A stretch of DNA of 64,000 nucleotides from assembly GCA_030704615.1 (NCBI GenBank), contig CM060731.1:42842001-42906000 (forward strand), read 5' to 3'. Below the pieces are notes generated by a model. It saw nothing but the letters and a program-made list of their open reading frames with translations, was not told the DNA's origin and did not search any database. Shown piece after piece: positions 38,561-52,400 of this stretch. The first letter of the stretch is position 1. Every line of letters starts with the position of its first letter. The stretch comes from Takakia lepidozioides (lineage: Eukaryota > Plantae > Bryophyta). Both the position numbers and the translations under genes were made by a program.

Positions 38561-40737
38561 ATTGTGAAAAGCAAAAAATGCAAACTAGCCTTCCATAAAA
38601 TGGGAGTTTAAGTTGATGTGTTGGAATGTGCAGTTGATTGCAAGGGCATACCCATATATAGATGTGACCAGAATACCATCCCTCCCATTTCAATATACAA
38701 AGGAAAACTAACAAGAGATTGTCTAATATCCATTTCCATGAAAAAATATTCTTGATCACGTTGTTCAAAACTTCCAACGTTGAAGACATTGGTTAAAACT
38801 TATGCAATACAATTAATTTAAAAAAAAAAAAAACCTTGCAAGAGGACAATGTGAAACAACAACGTGGGCAACTACCAACAATACTCCGAAAACAAATGTA
38901 AACTACGGTGGGGGTGTTCAATGTCGTGTGAGCACAAATCCACATTTAATAGGTCGACCTATTCCATGACATTAGATATTCAGCAATAAAAATTTCGCAC
39001 TTTTTCGATCAAAATAGAATATTCTGTCGTAAATTCCCTATTTTCGAAAGGATGAAATTGCCAAACTTCTCCAAATAGAATATGAATCTTGGATGAATTC
39101 ACCAAATACGGATGATATACATGGATGGAAGTACAGATGAGGATGATTATATCCAGATTTCAGTGGATGAACAGAAAATATGGCTATTTCTTGCAAAACT
39201 CAGTAGCCACTCCTGTTATTTTCCAAATTAAAAAGAAAAACACCGGTTGGAACCATTAAAAATATTAAAATCTGCAAAAACTACATAGAAAAATCTACTT
39301 CATCAAAACCGGAAATGGGTCTCTCTGGCAGCACCCACGTGGCAAGAATAGCATGTTGGCATGGTTAGAAAAGTGGCTATATACTAGGTGGCACGTTTTA
39401 ACGGGTCCATGTAGGCAAAATCAGGCTCCTGATTTTCAACTAACGGCGCTTTTTGGCAATTTTTGTGGTTTTTACCCCACATAATTCCTTTGTACAAGTA
39501 GCTGACCCATTATGTTATTCTGGTTATCTGGATTTTCTCGCTCCGGATGAAAACCAACTAGTAGTGGCAAGAAATTTGAGAAGCCATATGCAAATGGTCA
39601 GGACTCTGGGACAAAGTTCAAAGTGGACTCTCTGATCAGGGGGCAAGCCATGGCTTATATCAAAGGGGTAACTCCCAAAGGCTTATAAGGGGAGCTACAG
39701 CTCACAAATCACACCCCTTAATTATAGTGGGAGGCAAGAGCCCAAGGCTCAAACATGCTCTTGTAGTGGAAGACGAAGCGAGGGCGAAAAGGGCGAAAAC
39801 ATGCTCGTGTAGTGGAAGATGAAGAGAGTGTGCTGGGCAGCTGCCCAAAAACCACACGCTGTTTTAGATTTAGCATTGGGGCGGGGGGTAAGTGTTAAAT
39901 TCGCCTTAAACCAGGAAGGGGAAGATAACATTTATTAGCACTAAAATACCTGGAGCAGGGCAGTGCGGCCGGAAATCACTGGATAGCAGTTGTTAACACT
40001 CCTTTAACACTAGCGTAGCAGGCGATAGCAGGCTGGTGCGGCCGGGGCCTTAGTTTGTTGTAATTTTATCAATAGTAATTGAACCGACATCATAAGTTTT
40101 TGGGTCCAAATTTGAGATATTGGACGGCTGCTGGAAGCAACAGGAAAAGAAGTTCACTTTCCTTGAAGTGGAAGCTTTTGGCTTGTTTGAGATCGGCAGC
40201 TCAAGTACTTATTGAGAACAGTGGGAGTCACGCCAGCGACCAGCACCTGCTTCCATGTACACTAGCAGTATCACCGATTGATGCATAAACTATGCAAGCT
40301 GCTGTCAACATCCATGCAAGTTAGTCAAGCACTCTATTTGAAGCAGCGCCGTGAGAAACATACAAACATGTCCTATGATGCTGAACAAACTTGTGCACAG
40401 GGCTGCCCCTCTGATCAAGCTCATTACAAATCGTATGCACTTCATCTTCAAGCTTTGGAGAAGCTCCACCATGCAGACCAGAATTGGGACAGCACTCTGA
40501 TTTCCTGAAGCTATCACCAGAGTCAGTCAAAATCTCTCCTTCAGCCAAGTGCAATTATGGGCTGACTTCCCACCTATGCTGGGTAGACCCCACTATCATT
40601 TCCTGAGAATATGCCAAAGGAAATGCCATCAACAGTGCATCATGGTCAGTATCCTAAGAAAATGGTGGATGAACTGAATAGCTACACAGATCAATGAATG
40701 AAGCAAGACACTAGCACTTTTCCAGGAAAACATCTTT

Positions 40738-43665
40738 TCACCAGTAATCCCCACAAGAACAAACCCCATCTTCGAAATGGTGAAAGCGATTAGCATCCCG
40801 TACAACAATTGCCCGGCCAACAATCTTTGAGATGAATTTGGTGGAGGTGTGGCAGTCACCACACACCCGAAGATTCTTGATCAGACGGAGATGCGTCCCA
40901 GGGGCCGTGCTGATCAGCCCGAAAGCAATAGCCAGCCTCTCACTGTGGTGGCAGAGAGAAAATTCCTTTTGCTCCTCCCCCACATCATGCAATACAAAGC
41001 GCGTGTCAGGCACATACCCTGCCTCCTTCATCTGCCCAGACAATCTTCTCAGCTCAGCATGGATTTCCTCAATTCTGGGATGCAATTTGTCATCTACAAC
41101 AAACGTGTGCACCCTGTTGCCAATCTCAATGCGGCAGCGACCTGGCTCCTTTCTAACCCCTCTGGCCTTCATCATTTTTCTCACCTTTGCAGTATCGTCC
41201 CACCTACCAGCTGCGGCATAGATGTTTGATAGCAACACGTAAGTTGCAGCATCCTGTTCATCCCATTTGAGAATAGATGTTGCCGCACGTTCAGCCATCT
41301 CTACATTGCCATGGATTCTGCAGGCACCAAGCAAGGCCCTCCAAACCACAGCATCTGGGCTCATGGGCATGTTATTAATGAGGTCCTCGGCCTCATCCAA
41401 TCGCCCGGCACGTCCAAGAAGGTCCACCATGCAGCCAAAGTGCTTTCCTGTTGGAGTGACACCATGATCTTGACTCAGGGAACCGAAGTAGCATCTTCCT
41501 TCATCCAGTAGGCCAACGTGGCTACATGCAGAGAGAACACATATATAGGTGATACTGTCTGGCTTCAAGCCTTCCATTTGCATTCCTTCAAATAGTCGCA
41601 GGGCTTCCCTATGACAACCATGCTGGGCATATCCTGCGATCATCACATTCCAGGCCACCACATCTCGTTCGGCCATAGTATCAAACACTCCCCTTGCATC
41701 TTCAATGCACCCACATTTAGCATACATGTCCACCAGGGCAGTGTTCAGAATGACGTCTGGGACAATTCCAGCTTTGACGATGTCACCATGGACCTCTTTG
41801 CCCTTTTCCAGCGCTGCCAGTCTCGCACATGCATTGCAAACACAAACAAACGTGATGCGGTCGGCCTTCACCCCTTCCTCCATCATTTGCTCATATGTCT
41901 CCAAAGCCTCCATCCCGCACCCCTGCTGTGCATATCCTGCTATCATCGCATTCCACGACACCACATCACGTTCAGCCATAATGACAAACACTCCCTTTGC
42001 ATCTTCAATGCTCCCACATTTGGCATACATGTCCACCAGGGTACTGTTCAGAATGACATCTGGTACAATTCCAGCTTTGACAATGTCACCATGGACCTCT
42101 TTGCCCTTTTCAAGAGCTGCCAAGCTCGCACATGCATTGCAAACGCAAACGAATGTGATGTGGTCGGGCTTCACCCCTTCCCGCATCATTTGCTCATAGG
42201 TCTCCAAAGCCTCCATCCCGCACCCCTGCTGTGCATATCCTGTGATCATCACATTCCACGACACCACATTTCGTTCAGCCATATTGTCGAACACTGCCTT
42301 TGCATCTTCAATGCACCCACATTTCCCATACATGTCCACCAGGGCAGTGTTCAGAATGCAATCTGGCACAATTCCAGCTTTGACAATGTCACCATGGACC
42401 TCTTTGCCCTTTTCCGGGGCTCCCAGGCTTGCACATGCATTGCAAATGCAACCAAATGTGACGTGGTCAGGCTTCACTCCATCCCGCATCATTTGCTCAT
42501 AGGTCTCCAAAGCCTCCATCCCAGACCCCTGCTGTGCATATCCTGCGATCATCGCGTTCCACGACACCACATTCCGTTCAGCCATACTGTCGAACACTGC
42601 CTTTGCATCTTCAATGCTCCTACATTTGGCATACATGTCCACCAGGGCAGTGTTCAGAATGACATCTGGCACAAATCCAGCTTTGACGATGTCACCATGG
42701 ACCTCTTTGCCCTTTTCCAGGGCTCCAAGGCTTGCACATGCATTGCAAATGCAAACAAACGTGATGTGGTCGGGCTTCACCCCGTCCCGCATCATTTGCT
42801 CATAGGTCTCCAAAGCCTCCATCCCACACCCCTGCTGTGCATATCCTGCAATCATCGCATTCCACGACACCACATCACGTTCAGCCATAGTAACAAACAC
42901 TCCCTTTGCATCCTCAATACTCCCACATTTGGCATACATATCCAGCAAGGCAGTGTTCAGAATGACATCTGGTACAATTCCAGCTTTGATAATGTCACCA
43001 TGGACCTCTTTGCCCTTTTCCGGGGTTGCCAGGCTCGCACATGCATTGCAAACGGAAGCAAACGTGATCCGGTCGGGCTTCACCCCTTCCTGCATCATCT
43101 GGTCATAGGTCTCCAAAGCATTCGTACTACACCCATGCTTGGTGAATCCTGCCAACATTATGTTCCACGTGATCAAAGATCGTTGAGGCATTCTGTTGAA
43201 CACTTGGTGAGCATCCATGATGCTCCCGCACTTAACATACATGTTCACAAGGGTATTGTGTAGAAAAACGTTTGGCTTGAATCCACTTTGGATAATGTGA
43301 GCATGCACCTGCTTTCCAGCTTCCAGGCCTTTCATCTTGATGCACTTATGCAAGAGACAGACATACGTATCTGAATCTGCTGAAATGCCTCCTCCTTCGT
43401 TTAAAGTCTGTAGAGCCTCTGTCAGTCTGCCTGCCTCACAAAGCATCTTCACATGCCCAGAAGTCCCAGAGGAGGCATTGTGGACTCCCTTTCTTGGTCC
43501 TCTTTCAGAAGCTGTGGTCATGGTCGAGGTGCCTGAATTTATCAACTGTGCCGCTGCCGCTGCTGCTTCCAGTTGACCATCTACCCATGCAGGTTTCTTG
43601 TAGCTATTGATCCACAGGTAATCATAGGTAATCTTGTGCTTGAAATCCGGCCCTCTTGGATGCAT
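40738..43665 (-). CDS. Locus B': PLS-class PPR-E-DYW editing factor with N-terminal PDF motif (duplicate of B)
   Basis: Intact ORF differing from B at three residues I could find (LAAP/LGAP, ENGK/EKGK, HRK/HRE). The upstream exon ending 43860 (..WWDNRGKK) joins in frame across intron 43859-43666. Confidence 0.95.
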   Translation of the reverse strand: MHPRGPDFKHKITYDYLWINSYKKPAWVDGQLEAAAAAAQLINSGTSTMTTASERGPRKGVHNASSGTSGHVKMLCEAGRLTEALQTLNEGGGISADSDTYVCLLHKCIKMKGLEAGKQVHAHIIQSGFKPNVFLHNTLVNMYVKCGSIMDAHQVFNRMPQRSLITWNIMLAGFTKHGCSTNALETYDQMMQEGVKPDRITFASVCNACASLATPEKGKEVHGDIIKAGIVPDVILNTALLDMYAKCGSIEDAKGVFVTMAERDVVSWNAMIAGYAQQGCGMEALETYEQMMRDGVKPDHITFVCICNACASLGALEKGKEVHGDIVKAGFVPDVILNTALVDMYAKCRSIEDAKAVFDSMAERNVVSWNAMIAGYAQQGSGMEALETYEQMMRDGVKPDHVTFGCICNACASLGAPEKGKEVHGDIVKAGIVPDCILNTALVDMYGKCGCIEDAKAVFDNMAERNVVSWNVMITGYAQQGCGMEALETYEQMMREGVKPDHITFVCVCNACASLAALEKGKEVHGDIVKAGIVPDVILNSTLVDMYAKCGSIEDAKGVFVIMAERDVVSWNAMIAGYAQQGCGMEALETYEQMMEEGVKADRITFVCVCNACARLAALEKGKEVHGDIVKAGIVPDVILNTALVDMYAKCGCIEDARGVFDTMAERDVVAWNVMIAGYAQHGCHREALRLFEGMQMEGLKPDSITYICVLSACSHVGLLDEGRCYFGSLSQDHGVTPTGKHFGCMVDLLGRAGRLDEAEDLINNMPMSPDAVVWRALLGACRIHGNVEMAERAATSILKWDEQDAATYVLLSNIYAAAGRWDDTAKVRKMMKARGVRKEPGRCRIEIGNRVHTFVVDDKLHPRIEEIHAELRRLSGQMKEAGYVPDTRFVLHDVGEEQKEFSLCHHSERLAIAFGLISTAPGTHLRLIKNLRVCGDCHTSTKFISKIVGRAIVVRDANRFHHFEDGVCSCGDYW

Positions 43666-45146
43666 CTGGACCCACACTCTATCCTTGCTCCCTCAGCTAT
43701 GCGTGCCTCTGCACACATCATGCATAGATCCCCGCCTTGCTGCTAGCAGCTGATAATAACAGTCTAGATTTGCTCTCACAAACAACCCAACCCTACTTAT
43801 CACACTAGTTCCTATGCTCAATTGTGTCTGCTTCTCTCTCTAATCTAACAGGCATTCACCTTTTTGCCTCGATTGTCCCACCATTGACTGGGGTCGGAGA
43901 AGTATGCATTCCAAAGCTTCTCCTCGTCTCTGTTATCTGTTTTTGGTTACTTTCCTGTTGCCAGGTTGGCAGTAAAATGTCAAACATTCCAAACAACCAT
44001 AGATCCACCCAACGACCTAGCTTGCAGAATTCAACATAAAAAATTAGGGATGACTGTAATAAGAGGGAAAAACAGGCCAAAATGTGTTGAAGAAGGTGCC
44101 TTCATTAGCAGTGCCTGATTCTATCAATTGTGCTGCCGCTGCTGCTTCCAGTTGACCATCTACCCATGCAGGTTTCTTGTAGCTATTGATCCAGAGGAAA
44201 TCATAAGTAATCTTGAGTTTGAAAACAGCCCTCTTGGATGAATCTGGACCCACACTCTATCCCTGCTCCTTCAGCTGTCCCTACCTCTGCGCAAATCATG
44301 CGCCTTGCTGCTAGCAGCTGACAATGACGGTGTACCCTTGTCACACTAGTTCCAATGTTGAATTGCGTCTGGTTCTCTCTATGATCCAACATACATTCAC
44401 CTTTTTGCCTTGATCGTCCCACCATTGACTGGGGTCGGAAAAGTATTCATTCCAAAGCTTCTCCTCATCTCCGTTATCTGTTTTTGGGTACTCTCCTGCT
44501 GCCAGCAACATGTCAAAATTCACTACAAACCACCACCCAACGAGCTAACTTACAGAATTTTACATGCAAAATCAGGGACGAGTCGCATGAGAGGGCAAAA
44601 ACAGGCTGAAAAAGGTTGAAGAAGGAGCCTCACCACATTGTCCTTGTCTTTGTGTCATGACCCATGGAGGATTCATACCAAATCGTGATACTAACAGGAG
44701 GAGCCAAGAGCCCCATTTGCAAGATGGACAAACTTCTTCACCTAGTACATTAAGAAGCCACACCTTGCGATTGTCCCACCATCGTGAAGGATCAGCTCTG
44801 CTCGTGCTCCAAGGTAGACTTTTGTGCCCGAAAATCCGACAGTCTCAACATTTTGACAACTTCCTTCACGGAGAGGTGCTAGGGAGCTTTCAACAACATT
44901 CATGCAAGTCGCTTTGGGCTCCATTGGACTCTACACAATGAGGAACACACCAACATGTCCAAACTTACACAGATGCTAAACCAGCTTAAGTCTGCAGTCC
45001 GGAGATTTTAGTGTGGTCTCTGAAAACGACCAGGAGCAGCTAAGCATCTCCAGTCTTGTTGTAAATTTCAACCAATTTCTTGCATCGGGGTTGCGAGTAC
45101 ACAGCCCAAAACATATCTTCTGCCAATTTCTCACTCACCGGGGGAG

Positions 45147-45614
45147 ATGGCAGCGTCTTCCGGTGTTCTCCTGACCGCACAGGCCGACTCCATACACCAG
45201 TGCCTGTCCACTCGCTTCAGTCATGCGGGAGCGTCATGCAGCGGATTGAGGGGCTCGGCTGTGGAGCCGAAACCGGCATTACCCTCGGCAATGCGCACAG
45301 GATGGAATCCCTTGCATGTAGTAGCAATGGCGCCTTGCCAACCTTCAGGGGTGCCGTTCAAATCAGGTGTGACACGAAACACTTCGCGGTTTTCTTCTTG
45401 TGTTCGCCATGTTGTATGCACCGTAGGATCCAGGCGTGGAATTGTCTGCTGAGAAATCTAGCAGAAACAAGGCAAAGAATCAAGAAAGCACAAGTGAGTG
45501 TTAGACAAGGCGGATATGTATATCTCGCACGTAGGTCAACGCTGGAGCATGGAACAGCGGTGGCAGGAGTTCTGTGAAGTTCCTTCACAATGGTGGGACT
45601 GCAGTGTTCACAAG
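45147..45614 (+). pseudogene. Orphan copy of locus A exon 1 (leader plus first PDF half-motif)
   Basis: MAASSGVLL... and WSMEQRWQEFCEVPSQWWDCSVHK|gtgag. The duplication ends inside the following intron at 45688. Confidence 0.8.
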
Positions 45615-46753
45615 GTGAGCTTTCCCCAGGATGTATGTCTGAGGGAGGAACTCTGGTATGGTAATACTGGGTGGATTGGATTGCACCCAGTACGTGAAAG
45701 AGCGTTTTACAAGGCAGCTTCCTTCCTCGCAATGACACTGGAGAGAGGTATGGAGGATGACACATGCAGGGAAGAGTATTAGACACCATCTTGCCTTGAT
45801 CTAGTTCTACTCCAAATAAACAAATTTCCCCCATAGCCTGAGGCTGCTGCAATGTCCACAATCCTAAGAGCGTACAAATGGGGAATCTGAGGCTTGACCT
45901 GTCATCCCAATGAACTCATGTGAGCCTCAACAGTGAACCATATCAAGCATCCAAACTACCAAGTGAAGGCACATACGTTTTGCCAGATCAATGTCCACCT
46001 CTGAAGTAGAGGTCCGTGAAGTAGAGTGTTTTAACTACAATCAAAAGGGAGGCATGGTGCCAAATGTTCATTAGAAGATTGTGGACTGGTTCTAGCAAAC
46101 ACAATACACGCCCTCTTAAGAGGACTCTAACAAGTGAAGGTCATCACTTCCCAATCGCGCCCTTTCAAATTACGGTGATATATAAACAAGTTGCTCCTTT
46201 GACATAAAAAGAACTACTTTTCTTGCTGCTGGTGACTGTTTGACCTAACCCAGAAGTCCCCACAAGCAAAGGTACAAGAGACAGCCCCATCTCTAGGTCA
46301 CCTAACTACTAGTATTGCGGCCACAGGACCTCACCACTGTCAGAAGCTTCAGTCAACAAGTCAAAATGGGTTGGACACATGCTTGAGGACACGCTGAGTA
46401 GCAAACAGATAAGCTCTGAAATGAGAACGAATGGAGGAATTTACTCTTCATTCCCCGTAGGGTATATCCTATCATCACACCAGAAATTATCCTCAATTTC
46501 ATTACAGGCTGTACAAGGGCTCCATCACCCTCTGGTGCCCCCAAAACCTCTCAGCTTCCCCAAAAGGTTTCAAGAGCAGCAAAAGATAGTTTAAGCAAAA
46601 AAAATGGGACCTAGACCACTACAGTAACCTCCTTAGCAAAAATCAATTCAATGTGGAGCAAGAAAACCATGTAAAGCTTCCTATAGATACCCATTTGCTC
46701 CTATTTACACCCAAACCAACTGTATACATGTGGAGCTACACAAGGCAATCTTG

Positions 46754-49445
46754 TCAGTCGCGGGAATCCGATTCCAGAGAATCATCTTCTGCCTCACCCA
46801 CAAGCACCTTGACGTAGGCTAATTGTGTTAGAAGGAGAGAGAAGACAATGCCATAGCTGACCAGCTTTGAACCTCGCATCCATGTTCCTGCCACCAATGC
46901 TGCGCACACAGATTTCTGGTTAGGACAGACTGGATGCTGAGGGCCTACTATGCTTGATACAGGTAGATCATAGCTGACATACACGACAAACATAAAAAGA
47001 CTCAGCCTTGTAGCAGTTGCTTATATGTAGTACTCCAGGGGACAGAGGTTTCCTAAGTTCCACCAACTAAAATTTGCCATTATACTCATGCAGAGTCAAC
47101 AATCATAGCAGGCAAGTACTCATTTAAGGGCAGGCGCATTGTAACTTCGACCTCTCCTATGTAGCTTGACATTTTGCATCTATATCACTGGTATCCAACA
47201 TTTGACTAGGAGCAAGAAAATATGAGGTAACCACGCACAAGCAACGCAATGTCCGAGAGGTACCTGAGCTAGAACTCCAGAGGAAGGAGACGATGACCAA
47301 AGAGAGGCCCCCATATAGGACCTGCCTGTAACTGCTGCTGAAATCCCTACTGGGAGTTATTACCGTCACATTCTGTACCATATTACACAGCCAAAATGCC
47401 CATAATCAGCCTCCGTTCAAAAAAGCCACCCTAACAGACATACGTCATAGTGTTGTGGGAGGTTTTGAGAGAATGCTTAGAAAAAACCTATTGGCAAGTA
47501 GAATATCGTGGTACAGTATGCTGTCCAACCACCTAGGCACAAGAATAACCTCCATGGAAAAGAAAACCAGGATCTGACCTCTTTGAAGGAAACTTTTGAA
47601 GGTGGTGACTGTAGACGGAGGGGACCAGGTGCTGGATATAGATTCTTGAAGAACAATCCCTCGTTTCGTGAATATGCAGTAATTCGTTGGAACTCCTCAA
47701 AATCCTTCTGCTGTGCCTGATGGATTCAACCAGATACAACATACGACATCAGGGACACTGGCTAGGGACTAAGGGGAGCCTTCTACAATGAATATATTGC
47801 ATCAAAGATTCTATGAAGCCCAGAGTGGTTACAGCAGTTTGTCAGATGTAGGTGGGTTAGGTTTAAATGCAGATCATGAAGCTCAATCTGAGTCTGTGCC
47901 TTTCGTCTAAGTTGGAGGCTTGGCCAGGTGTTCTGCTCGGCCATGGAGCAGATGATTGCTTGCATAATTAACACTTGTTGGAGAAGACAAATGAGGATCC
48001 CCCTTGTAGTGTAAGTGGATGTTAGAAACTGCCCACCTCCTAACAGAGGACAATAGCCCTGATGGTCATTAGATCTGGTCCCAGTCAGTCTACTTGTTCT
48101 TCAAGCAAGACATAATTTAGGTCTGGCTGTTGCAAACAGGTATTTCCCTGGCTGCAAAGCAACCTACCAGCTTTAAAAATAGGTCATGGTCAGATAAAGG
48201 TAATTCCATTGAACAGAATTGTTGTCTATGATACATAGGAAGAAGGTATAGGTACAGGCCCCTACTTACCTCGAGTTCTGCTCTTGTAATTCTAAGTTCA
48301 CGTTCAATAGCGTGGGCATCCGCATCCAGTTGCCTCAGCACCTGGCACAATCAAAGTCCCTGCAGTTGTAAATACTCTTATTCATCTCGGCAAAGAAAGA
48401 TCCCCACACGCTGGGTCTAAAACCTAGAACGGAAAAGTACAAGGGCATCCAAGTGAAGGAGTACGATAACCCCAAACCTCAGGTATCAAAATGATTTATA
48501 ACTTATTCCACCACCTGTTCATCAGCTCAGTGGAGGTATGGCTCTGCAGCCACTTGGATGTGCTCGAGACATCTACCACCAGTGACACACCTCTTGCCCA
48601 CTCAAGTGTGAGAGCCGATGAGACCATTTGTGAAATTCATTAGAAAAGTTCGGTATTTCCATAAACAAGGCACTAGGACAGTATACACCTGAGCCAACTA
48701 ACAGCACTCATCCATTGGTGAATCAACATACAGGAAAGATCTACTCCCTAGATTGGAAGACACTGTGCTTTCTTAATCAGAGCTTATTGAACTCAAAAGA
48801 AGAACAAGCCCTGATGGACTGGGTGTGCCAATTAAACATTTAGATGCAGCTCACCCGGCTTTCTGTGGCATCCAGGCCCTTCATGGTGCGGTATGCAATG
48901 CGATCGTACTCTTGGTGGGCCTGTTGGGCAATGTTGCGCATGTGCTGCGACCTCTCATCAACAAAGTTTGACATACGAGCCTTCCCTAGTTGGATCTGCA
49001 CCATCTCCACTAGCATTTGCTGGACCTGGGCATCCCCGCCCATTGCCTCATTGTGTCCAGACCCAGCCCCATACACACATTGTGTGATATTATTCCCCTT
49101 TACTTGCCTTTTTTTAGGGGTTCTACCACAATCTAATGTTGTCGCCAGCCACAGCTTGACCTGAAGTCTATTAAGAGAATTTCTCTGTGAAAGGGAGGCT
49201 GATGAGCTAAGCCATGCTGCACCCTGACACTCGGGGGCTCTCGTTTGGAGCTTTTCCATAGGGCATGCAAGAGTAGTATCCACATAAATCTGGCAAAGGT
49301 AAATTTCTCTTCGGACTGGCAAACATGGCGAGTGTCTGAAGGCAGAAGCTGTCTTGATAACGTGTCCACAGCTGGACTTTGTCTCTCCTCCACTTAGCCT
49401 TGATACTGATTGGGAAACCACCGAGGAGTGACTGAGTGTTGCCAT
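46754..49445 (-). CDS. Conserved plant protein with coiled-coil region and C-terminal hydrophobic segments, probably plastid-targeted (At3g09050-like)
   Basis: Phase-consistent exons 49445-48855, 48341-48270, 47716-47579, 47372-47264, 46899-46754. Ser-rich N-terminus, QLGKARMSNFVDERS and RNEGLFFKNL motifs. The homologue is recalled from memory, not from a search. Confidence 0.75.
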
Positions 49446-52400
49446 CAGTGCTTGCTTCTTACGCCTCTCCAAGAGTCTGCCACACAACATAGGCCATCAT
49501 CATAAGCAACATTCTTCTTACTATGGCTATACCCACAGACATCCATTCTAACAAGTGGCACAATCAAGGAATTCCTACATATGAAGGACAGCAGCTACGT
49601 GACGAGGTATTTTCAGATGGACAATGCAACACAGACCTATCTTTTCCATAGGATTTCTTGTTCCTGTACAGGAACTACTATACTAATGTCCAGCCTCACA
49701 AAAGCGCGGTCACCCTTAGTCAGGATTAAAATTCTGATGTGCAAACCTACCATTGTACTGTAAAGAGGCAATAACCGGTGTCCAAAATCTGATCCACAGA
49801 TGTCCATGTGACGATTTACTATTGAACTTATGCACTGATGGCACTCTCCTTCCAGGTTACCGACCCAGCCATTCTTATAGCAATCCTTGTGACAAGTTCA
49901 TTTTCTGGATCGGAGTTCCTGGGTTTTCACACTTCCAAACCCTCAGGGGCTGAATATGAGAATTTCTGTATTCTTTGAATGTGCCACTTGACTCCATCAC
50001 AGACTCAAAGCAGCAGGCGCTGCCCTCTGCAAAGGACATGAGCCAATTTCACGGAACGTCCTCGGAGACAGCAACATCTTCCGCCATGCTCTCCTTTCAT
50101 TTTACAAGTACTGTCGTGGACATCAAGAAACTTGCAGTGGTGTGCTGCGAATATTAAGCTGGAGAAAAACCGTCTCAATTCCATCCATGATGTAGTGCTA
50201 GAAATGGTTGGCCTTTACTAACTGAGACGTAACAATCTGGCAAACCATGATGCTACTTCACATCTGCCCCTCCTGTGTAGTGAAAACAGACATCCTGAAT
50301 TTGTTGACATTTTTGTCATTGCACAGTGCAATGACTCCAACATGAAAATGCCAGCTCATGCCTGATGCCAAGCCAGGAGTAGATAAACCTGAAGTCACAT
50401 GAGTAATCAGTCAAGACTGATCTGCTTCTGGGGCACAATTGAGAAAATTCAGGTTCTAAATTTGCCTTTCGATATATAACAGCTTGAAAAGGTGGTCTGC
50501 TAGCAAAGGCCTTCAAAACAGCTTTGCTTGGAACCGACAGTCTTTCTTCAAGCAACTTCCTCATAAGACCAACATACTGTGTTGGCTGGTTTTACAGATG
50601 ACAAAAGAGGGCTTCAAAAAAGTCCACCAAATGTCTTGGGGACACTGAAGTAACGTTGAACTCCACTGATCTCCAATGCAAGTGCAGGTGCGTGCACATT
50701 TTTGGGATGTTTGGCTCCGGAGGAGAGAGGAACTCCTAGCAACACAGCTCTTAACCTGACATAACTTGATCAAGTACACCACAAGTTTCTTTCGTGGGTT
50801 GAGTATCCCTGAGGAGATTGGCTACTTGACTCTCTAGTCGTTGCAGTGAGTAAGATAAAAGTGACAAGACAAATACCTATACACCCTAATGTTGTTGACT
50901 AATAATGTAAATTCCTCTTGCACAAAAGGGAGTCTTTTGCCTCCTCAACGGAAAATCCCATGGTTTACTTATGTGATCCAAATCCCTCGGAGGAAACACT
51001 CAAACTATGGGACGGGAGGGAGTGTTGCCCAGCTGGGCGCACTAAAGTAAGATCAGCTGGAGGTCTGTACTGTGGTAGGTGAGACACAAGGTTGGTATTC
51101 CACTACAAATGAGACATTAGGCAGCCATCATAGAACGCTCACGGACAGTGGTTAGCAGTACATCCATACTCTTAACACTTCCATTTCTTACTTGACCCTC
51201 GGTTCCTGTGGACAGCTCAATCCCACTACTAGCAGGAGGAAATCCTTACAAGAAACTGACTAAGGTCAAGAGCAAGTCATAGCTCAAGTTAATTAAATAA
51301 TTACAACAGCTGAATTTTCAAGGAACGTACTAAAGTGCAGCATCTTGAAGAATTGCGTTCAACAACAGCAAATTCGACACTAGCGAGATCATTATGCACC
51401 CATCTCAGAACTACCTACTAGGATTCCAACCCCCGAACACCCAGTGCTCACCCCATAGCTGTCACACTCTAACCAGGACCTTGATGGTTCGTCATCAACT
51501 AGTACTAGACAGTTCTTGACGTTAAAAGGAGGCATCTTTAAATCCTTCGAAAGAACTCACAACTGCTAATTTACTACTCTGCCCCTTTCTCCTTCTCCCT
51601 CATAAATTCTTTCTCTCTTGCTTTCTTTAGTCCGTTGTGCCCCCGCCCTCTCCCTCAGTCGTTCCTTACGGCCTCCTAAAAGTGGTAATTCAACACAGCC
51701 AACCATCACCATGAATTTCACGAAACTCCAGTTAACCTGTACCAACCAGTCCACCTGAAATCCCGAGACGTCTCTTCTTACACTCGGCTCTTTTCACACC
51801 ACCCGAAACGTACACAAAGCTGCCAAAAACCATCTCCAAACCTCCAAATCAAACAATTTCAGCCCCCGACAACTCCTAGCACACCTAGCCTCCATCTCTT
51901 ACAGATCCACCGTGTATGTATATTTTAGAGTCTCTACAACTCCAGCTTTCCAAGATCTAAAGTCCTTCACACCCGACCACAGCCAACTACACCCTCTGGA
52001 GAATTTCAACCCCACCTTTCACAAAAAACCGAAGCTCAAATCAGTACCTCCAAGAGCCCAACAAGTGCTTGACTCCAGCTCCACCTCTCCAGCTTCAACC
52101 TTCACCACCACAGATCGCTCGCATTCAACAAGGAAACTGCGATCGTGGCGTCAAGTGTTCTCAAGCCTGCAACTGGCGGGCCTGCAAAGCAAGCGCCAAG
52201 CCCCCTCTCTCCTCTGCGGCCCCACCCCACCGGCAGCCACCGGTCACTCACTGAGATTCCCGGCTACTCCCAGTTAAGCTCTAACCAACAGATCGAAACC
52301 TCTCTTACCAGTAACCCGGGCAGCCAGTCAGCCCATAAAGGTGGCAGATTCCATGAATCTAGGCTGCTGAATCCGGGCCATTTCGCCAACAGTATCGCCA

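Larger units (their letters stand above)
39735..45688 (-). repeat. Right arm of the ~5.9-kb inverted duplication
   Basis: Reverse complement of 2918-8852 with scattered substitutions and small indels. Confidence 0.95.
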
